From Gemmatimonadota bacterium (GTDB taxonomy: Bacteria > Gemmatimonadota > Gemmatimonadetes > Palauibacterales > KS3-K002), in assembly GCA_039586795.1 (NCBI GenBank), contig JBDHJS010000014.1:42571-106570 (forward strand): a stretch of DNA of 64,000 nucleotides. The letters are read 5' to 3'. The translations under genes and the position numbers were made by a program. Shown in pieces: positions 59,169 to 64,000 of this stretch (position 1 is the first letter of the stretch; each line of letters starts with the position of its first letter). The notes below the pieces were generated by a model. It did not search any database, was not told where the DNA came from, and saw only the letters and a list, made by a program, of their open reading frames with translations.

Positions 59169-60438
59169 TGATGATCCGCGCGTCCCGAGTGATGATCACG
59201 ATCTCTTTCCCTTCCTCGATAACCGTCGCCACCACCGACCGGCTGCCCCTCACCTCGACTTCAACGTTGCCCACCGTCCCGGCGAAGCGAAGCTGATTCG
59301 ACCGGTCCGCCTCCTCCGCCGCAACCGTTCGCTCCCGGATCAACCGCTCCAGATCGCGCTGCGCCTCTCGCTCCGCAGCACGCTGCCGTTCGATCTGCCT
59401 CAGAAGCTCTTCCGTCTCCCGGGACTCGGTACGGCCGGAGCGGATCGCCTCCTCTAGTAGCTGCCGGTTTTCCCGCTCCAGCACCAACCGCTGCTCGAAC
59501 AACTCCTCCAGCAGCAACGCCGCCTCCGCCTCACTCGCACCCGGCACGCCTCGAGCGGGCCGCTCTTGAGCCGTTAGCGTCACCTCTTCAGTGCGGTCAC
59601 CCCGACGATACTTGAACGTCACGGTGTCGCCCGCCTTGATGGCACCGAACCTACGACCACCCTCGTCGCTGGTGATGTCCTCGCCGTCGATCTCGACCAG
59701 GATATCGCCGTGCCGTAGCCCCGCCTCCCCGGCCGGACTGTCTTCTTCCACCGAGTAGACTGACGGCGGGTCCCGGAACTTCCAGACCGGCGGATTGCCG
59801 TCACGTCCGGCGTGAATGTCGCACCTGCAGCTCATGCCGAACCCAAACCAGCCGCTGGGGAACGAGTAACGCAGCGCCAGCCGGATATCCCGCGCCGGGG
59901 CCGGGGCGACAACGGGCGCAGGCGCCGCATCGGGTACCGGCACCGCTTCTGCCACCTCTGGAACCGGGGGCACCGGCACCGCGGGCGCCACGTTGACCCG
60001 CGAGCAACGCGCCGACGCAATCAGCCCCACCATCATCGTTTCCCGGTCCCGGCGAATCGTCAGCTCCACCGTATCGCCCGGCCGGATGTTGGCGTAGCGA
60101 TTTCCGCCCTCGCCCGTCGTGATCAGCACGCCATCGATGGCCATGATCACGTCGCCATCTCTCAGCACGCCCTCTGCCGGACTCCTCGGCCTTACCGAAC
60201 GAACGATCGGTTCCGCCCTGAACCTCCAGAGCGCCCGGCCGTTCTCGAACGTAGAGAACGAACACTGCGTGCACTCCAGGCCGGCAATCCCAATATCTCC
60301 CTCGACCCTCGACCCTTCCGGACAAGCATCCGCTACCGGCTCTTGCCCAAAGGCACGCGCATCGGCCCCGAGAACCATCCCGGCCACCAACACCGCTCCC
60401 AAAGTGACTCTGACCCTGTTCATAACTCTATCCTCCAT
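59149..60438 (-). CDS. Secreted tandem-PDZ protein (no protease domain)
   Basis: Signal peptide; two PDZ modules (SPA..LR.GD.I..IDG..IT..EGG...I..GDTV); Pro/Ala linker; coiled coil. Confidence 0.85.
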   Translation of the reverse strand: MEDRVMNRVRVTLGAVLVAGMVLGADARAFGQEPVADACPEGSRVEGDIGIAGLECTQCSFSTFENGRALWRFRAEPIVRSVRPRSPAEGVLRDGDVIMAIDGVLITTGEGGNRYANIRPGDTVELTIRRDRETMMVGLIASARCSRVNVAPAVPVPPVPEVAEAVPVPDAAPAPVVAPAPARDIRLALRYSFPSGWFGFGMSCRCDIHAGRDGNPPVWKFRDPPSVYSVEEDSPAGEAGLRHGDILVEIDGEDITSDEGGRRFGAIKAGDTVTFKYRRGDRTEEVTLTAQERPARGVPGASEAEAALLLEELFEQRLVLERENRQLLEEAIRSGRTESRETEELLRQIERQRAAEREAQRDLERLIRERTVAAEEADRSNQLRFAGTVGNVEVEVRGSRSVVATVIEEGKEIVIITRDARIIIKRPEQ

Positions 60439-60445
60439 AAAATCC

Positions 60446-60469
60446 TGCTCGTGCTCGTGTTCGTGCTCG
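60446..60469. repeat. Hexamer tandem (TGYTCG)4 in the anti-sigma/PDZ spacer
   Basis: tgctcg tgctcg tgttcg tgctcg, followed by two copies of cgacaacga. Confidence 0.7.
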
Positions 60470-60498
60470 CTATCGACAACGAACCGACAACGATCTAC

Positions 60499-61050
60499 CT
60501 AGAACCACACCACATTCCGCGTAGCATCCCCTTCACCCTGGGTCTCCCCTTCACGCCCGAACTCCTGAAGAATCCGCGCCGCCATCGGATCGTCCGGCGC
60601 CAACCTCACAATCTCCTCCGCCGCCGCCCAGAACGCCGCCAACGCCACCTCCCGCGCCATGTCTCTCTGCGCCGGGTCCGCTGACGCCGCGCTGACAAGG
60701 CGCTCGAGCGCCGCCGCGTGCTCCGACCCTGTCGCCTGCACCATCGCCGCCGCCCGCTGCGTCGCGTCCGGATAGATCGCCGCCAGCGTATCCACCGTCT
60801 GCTTCGTCCCCATCATCTGCCCCACCAACATCCCGCTGACGAACAGCGCGATGGATGCCGCGGCCGCCGCGATCCCCATCCAGGGATGGAACCGCGCCGC
60901 GTGCTTCGGGGCCGACCGAATCAGCTCCCGATCCTTGAGCGCCCGTACCGTACGCTCCTCGAGTATCCTCGACGGCATCTTCTCCATGGGTAGCTTCTCG
61001 AACTCTTCCCGCTCCGCGGGGGTCAGGTCGTTCTGGTCGAATTCGTTCAT
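60499..61050 (-). CDS. Putative membrane anti-sigma factor
   Basis: Short cytoplasmic N-domain, single TM (W..AAAAASIALFVSG) and a periplasmic helical domain; directly after the ECF sigma gene. Confidence 0.65.
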   Translation of the reverse strand: MNEFDQNDLTPAEREEFEKLPMEKMPSRILEERTVRALKDRELIRSAPKHAARFHPWMGIAAAAASIALFVSGMLVGQMMGTKQTVDTLAAIYPDATQRAAAMVQATGSEHAAALERLVSAASADPAQRDMAREVALAAFWAAAEEIVRLAPDDPMAARILQEFGREGETQGEGDATRNVVWF

Positions 61051-61061
61051 CGTTCTATGTC

Positions 61062-61598
61062 CTACTCCGGGTTCAACAGCGCGCGCACCGCTTTCCGCGC
61101 GCAGGACAGCTGGCTCTTCGACGTTCCCGCCGCGATCCCCAACCGTCGACCGATATCATCGTGCGTGCATCCTTCCAGATCGTGGAGCAGCAACACCGTC
61201 CGGTAACCCACCGGCAACATCTCGATCGCTCGCTCCAGGTCGATCCGCTCGTCGTGCGGCCCCGCCTTCACCGGCGTCTCCGGCGCCGCCTCGAAGTCCA
61301 CCTCCCGGCCGTTCCGTTTCCGCCACAGATCGCGGCACTGATTCATCGCGATCCCGCTCAGCCAGGTCGGCAGCTTCGACTCCCAGCGAAACGTGTCCAG
61401 CCGCTCTACCGCTCTGATCCACGTCTCCTGCACCACGTCCTCGGCATCGAGCTCCGAGCCGCCCAGCAGCCGCAGCGCGAACTGGAACAACCGCGGCGTG
61501 TGTCGGCGGTAGAGCTCTCGGAAAGCCGCCTCATCCCCTTCGTGCATGAGGGATTCGGCCAGCTCTCGATCGGGCACTTCATTGGTTGTCCCTCTCAT
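61062..61598 (-). CDS. ECF RNA polymerase sigma factor
   Basis: AFRELY.RH, AEDVVQETW, TWL..IA.N, LP..YR..L.LHDLEG..H..I and GTSKSQL motifs. Confidence 0.94.
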   Translation of the reverse strand: MRGTTNEVPDRELAESLMHEGDEAAFRELYRRHTPRLFQFALRLLGGSELDAEDVVQETWIRAVERLDTFRWESKLPTWLSGIAMNQCRDLWRKRNGREVDFEAAPETPVKAGPHDERIDLERAIEMLPVGYRTVLLLHDLEGCTHDDIGRRLGIAAGTSKSQLSCARKAVRALLNPE

Positions 61599-61609
61599 GT
61601 CATCCCTGA

Positions 61610-61936
61610 GTGGGTCCTCCCGGCCAAATGGTTGTATCCCGCCCCCGGATCCCCAAATTTCGTGGTGTGAGTACGGAACCCGGCGTTATCGTCTTTTTCG
61701 GATATCAAGAGGTGATCTACGGGATCGCCCGCCTGCCAGCAACGGAGTGCCCCTGCAAGGCCGGCCCCGACCTGGATCACTGGGATATCTGCCGCGAAGC
61801 CACGGAGACCACCATCGACCTCGAGCACCCCGTCACCCACTTCGCCTGCGAAGCGAACCTGTCCGTCGACGAGCTCATCGGGCTTGCCAAGCTCGAGCTC
61901 GACGCCGTCGCTATCGACCGCAAAAAAGCCAACTAG
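61610..61936 (+). CDS. Hypothetical small protein (true start probably a downstream GTG at ~61667)
   Basis: The C-terminal 90 aa show normal codon bias; Cys/His-containing; divergent from the ECF sigma gene. Confidence 0.5.
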   Translation: MGPPGQMVVSRPRIPKFRGVSTEPGVIVFFGYQEVIYGIARLPATECPCKAGPDLDHWDICREATETTIDLEHPVTHFACEANLSVDELIGLAKLELDAVAIDRKKAN

Positions 61937-62039
61937 CCAGACCACGGAGTTGAAGTAAGTCTCGTTGGCTCCGGCGCAACTGCCAGTTGAACGCTGCAAT
62001 CTGGCCAGAAAGCTAGGTGAACGCAGAATACGGATACAG

Positions 62040-62094
62040 CTAGTAATTATTAGTACTGATATCAGTTGCTTTACTTTCTCCCCTGTCTCATAGT
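62040..62094 (+). promoter_or_regulatory. AT-rich palindromes + putative promoter upstream of the TonB receptor
   Basis: Perfect palindrome ACTGATATCAGT (62055-62066) abutting TTGCTT-N17-CATAGT; near-palindrome CTAGTAATTATTAG at 62040-62053. Confidence 0.45.
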
Positions 62095-62324
62095 GTACCG
62101 ACTCAGGGCGGATTGGGCTGGGCCACGTGCACTCCTCGCTACGAGAGCACAGCCATGATTGACCGCAATAACGCTTCTCCCTTCTCGAACGGGCCGGTCC
62201 GCGCCGCCCGCCGTGACCGCCCCCAGTACCCGACTGCATCTGCACACCCGAGTCTGACTGAACGATACGTCTCGCGCCATCCGCGTCGCCGGCTTCATCC
62301 CTTTTCTGGCCCTCGGAGGTTCAG

Positions 62325-64000
62325 ATGCCCAACCCCGTCCGTCGTCCTTCGATTAGCCCCCGTTTCTCTCGATCGGTTCTCCGGCGCCTGGCCGGCTGCG
62401 CCCTGGCTCTCGCCCTAACGCTGCTTCTTCAACAATCCGCACACGCCCAAGGAGGCGTCGTCACCGGTCGCGTGATCGATGCGGAGGTCGCCACACCGAT
62501 GCCCGGGGTGACCGTGGAGCTCATCACCGGCGCCGGTCGCCGCATCCAGTCGACGACCACGGATGAGAACGGCGACTTCCGGCTGGAGGGCGTCCCCGAG
62601 GGGAGCTACTCGCTGATCCTCTCGGCGTTCGGCTACGAGACCCGGCGGCTCGATGGCATCAAGGTGGAAGACGAGACGGTGACCGTGGGTGGCGTGGAGA
62701 TCATGTCCCGGGCCTTCCGCCTCAACCCGGTCGTCGTCACGGCGTCGCGTGAAGAGGAGCGCGCCTTCGATGCCCCCGCCGCAGTGTATGCGGTCGAGGC
62801 CGAACAGATCGAGGAGCGTCCCGCAACGACTGCGATCGAGTATGTCCGCGATGTCCCCGCCGTGGATGTCATACAGAGCGGATTGGGTCGAAGCAGCGTC
62901 GCGCTGCGCGGGTTTAACAGCACGTGGAACTCATTCTTACTCGTCCTCACCGACTACCGTCGGGCAGCGATTCCCGCGCAGAGCCTAAACGCCTACAACT
63001 TGATCTCCGCAACCGACGAGGACATCGAGCGCGTCGAGGTCGTGCTGGGGCCGGGCTCAGCGGTTTATGGCCCGAACACGGCCAACGGCGTTCTCCACTT
63101 CATCACCCGTTCCCCGCTGGACCACCAGGGAACCACGGCAAGCATCGCCGGCGGCTCGCGCAGTCTCTTCCAAACCACGCTCCGCCACGCCGGGCTGATC
63201 AACCCGAACATCGGCTACAAGATCTCGGCGTTCTATTTCCAGGGCGACGAGTGGCAGTACGTGGACCCGATAGAACAACTCAACAGAGATGCGGCCATAG
63301 CCCAGGGCGCCGACCCCGATACGCTGTTGATCGGACGCCGCGACTTCGACACCAGTCGCTTCAGCGGCGACGCGCGCTTCGATTTTCGGCTGAGCGAACG
63401 TTCCAACCTCATCCTGTCGGGCGGATACAGTCGAATGCGGAGCAGCATCGAGCAGATCACTACGAACACGGCGCAGGCCAAAGACTGGGGCTACAGTTAT
63501 CTGCAGGGCCGCTTTCGAATCAACAACTTCTTCGCACAAGCCTACCTCAACTGGGGCAGCGCCGGCGACACCTACCTGCTTCGCTCCGGCGAGCGGCTGA
63601 TCGACCATTCTTCGGTCTTCGTCGGCCAGGTCCGGCACGCTACGATCCTTGGCGAGCGGCAGAGGTTCACCTATGGAGCCGACCTCATCCGCACCATCCC
63701 GCGCACCGACGGAACGATCAACGGTAGAAACGAGGACGACGACAACATCACCGAACTCGGCGGTTATCTACAATCGGAGACCAAGCTCACGCCGACGCTC
63801 GACCTCGTCGCCGCTCTACGGATGGACTATCACAGTCTAATGGTCGATGACCTGGTGTTGTCGCCCCGCGTCGCCCTGGTGTTCGAGCCCGCCCAGGGGC
63901 AAAATTTTCGGTTGACCTACAACCGGTCCTTCTTCCAACCTACCGCCCTCTGGCTGAACGTAGATGTCGTGTCGAGCCCGACCCTGGCCGGCCTTCCATT
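62325..64000 (+). CDS. TonB-dependent receptor with N-terminal carboxypeptidase-regulatory-like domain (3' truncated by window edge)
   Basis: Not in the ORF track (no stop in window). GGAGG SD and ATG at 62325; signal peptide ..AHA|Q; VTGRVID..P.PG.TV, TTTDENGDF, TonB box PVVVTASR and plug IERVEVVLGPGSAVYG. Confidence 0.93.
   Translation, partial: MPNPVRRPSISPRFSRSVLRRLAGCALALALTLLLQQSAHAQGGVVTGRVIDAEVATPMPGVTVELITGAGRRIQSTTTDENGDFRLEGVPEGSYSLILSAFGYETRRLDGIKVEDETVTVGGVEIMSRAFRLNPVVVTASREEERAFDAPAAVYAVEAEQIEERPATTAIEYVRDVPAVDVIQSGLGRSSVALRGFNSTWNSFLLVLTDYRRAAIPAQSLNAYNLISATDEDIERVEVVLGPGSAVYGPNTANGVLHFITRSPLDHQGTTASIAGGSRSLFQTTLRHAGLINPNIGYKISAFYFQGDEWQYVDPIEQLNRDAAIAQGADPDTLLIGRRDFDTSRFSGDARFDFRLSERSNLILSGGYSRMRSSIEQITTNTAQAKDWGYSYLQGRFRINNFFAQAYLNWGSAGDTYLLRSGERLIDHSSVFVGQVRHATILGERQRFTYGADLIRTIPRTDGTINGRNEDDDNITELGGYLQSETKLTPTLDLVAALRMDYHSLMVDDLVLSPRVALVFEPAQGQNFRLTYNRSFFQPTALWLNVDVVSSPTLAGLP

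Noticed and set aside
61595..62245. 216-aa minus-strand ORF upstream of the ECF sigma gene
   Set aside because: It crosses an AT-rich regulatory region and is the antisense of the better-biased plus-strand ORF; no motif.

Overview
GC-rich bacterial chromosome segment, mostly housekeeping genes. Gene content and protein style suggest a diderm such as Gemmatimonadota (inference; no search was run). In order it contains: the complex I operon nuoA-B-CD-E-F-G-H-I-J-K-L-M' (minus strand, running off the left edge); dcd; an M28 peptidase-like lipoprotein; a YqiJ/NfeD-like protein; mdh; carA, then sppA-HU-hyp-moaD-moaE; rnhA; gap-pgk-tpiA-secG; comF; an accessory block (beta-barrel, two sulfatases, esterase, frameshifted tricorn protease, DDAH, pilin); a long co-directional run pepA-OMP-yicC-gmk-rpoZ-coaBC-udg-dnaB-radA-ispD-tsaC-ywlE-aroE; the lysine/DAP operon asd-lysC-dapB-dapA-dapD; mltA; a cluster of tiny uncharacterised ORFs; an ECF sigma/anti-sigma/PDZ operon; and a TonB-dependent receptor running off the right edge. 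I saw no rRNA, tRNA, CRISPR array or transposase. The most interesting signals are: (1) a 25-46 bp repeat family that brackets the esterase and tricorn genes like cassettes; (2) a microprotein cluster at 57.1-59.2 kb with diverged paralogues, two membrane-anchored Zn fingers (one absent from the ORF track) and a possible ATC start; (3) an RNase HI with an apparently migrated catalytic Glu, whose start codon overlaps that of carA; (4) a perfect SOS-box-like palindrome upstream of pepA; (5) hairpins built from 6-8-nt tandem units that invade gene 3' ends; (6) candidate structured leader RNAs before dcd and the TonB receptor.
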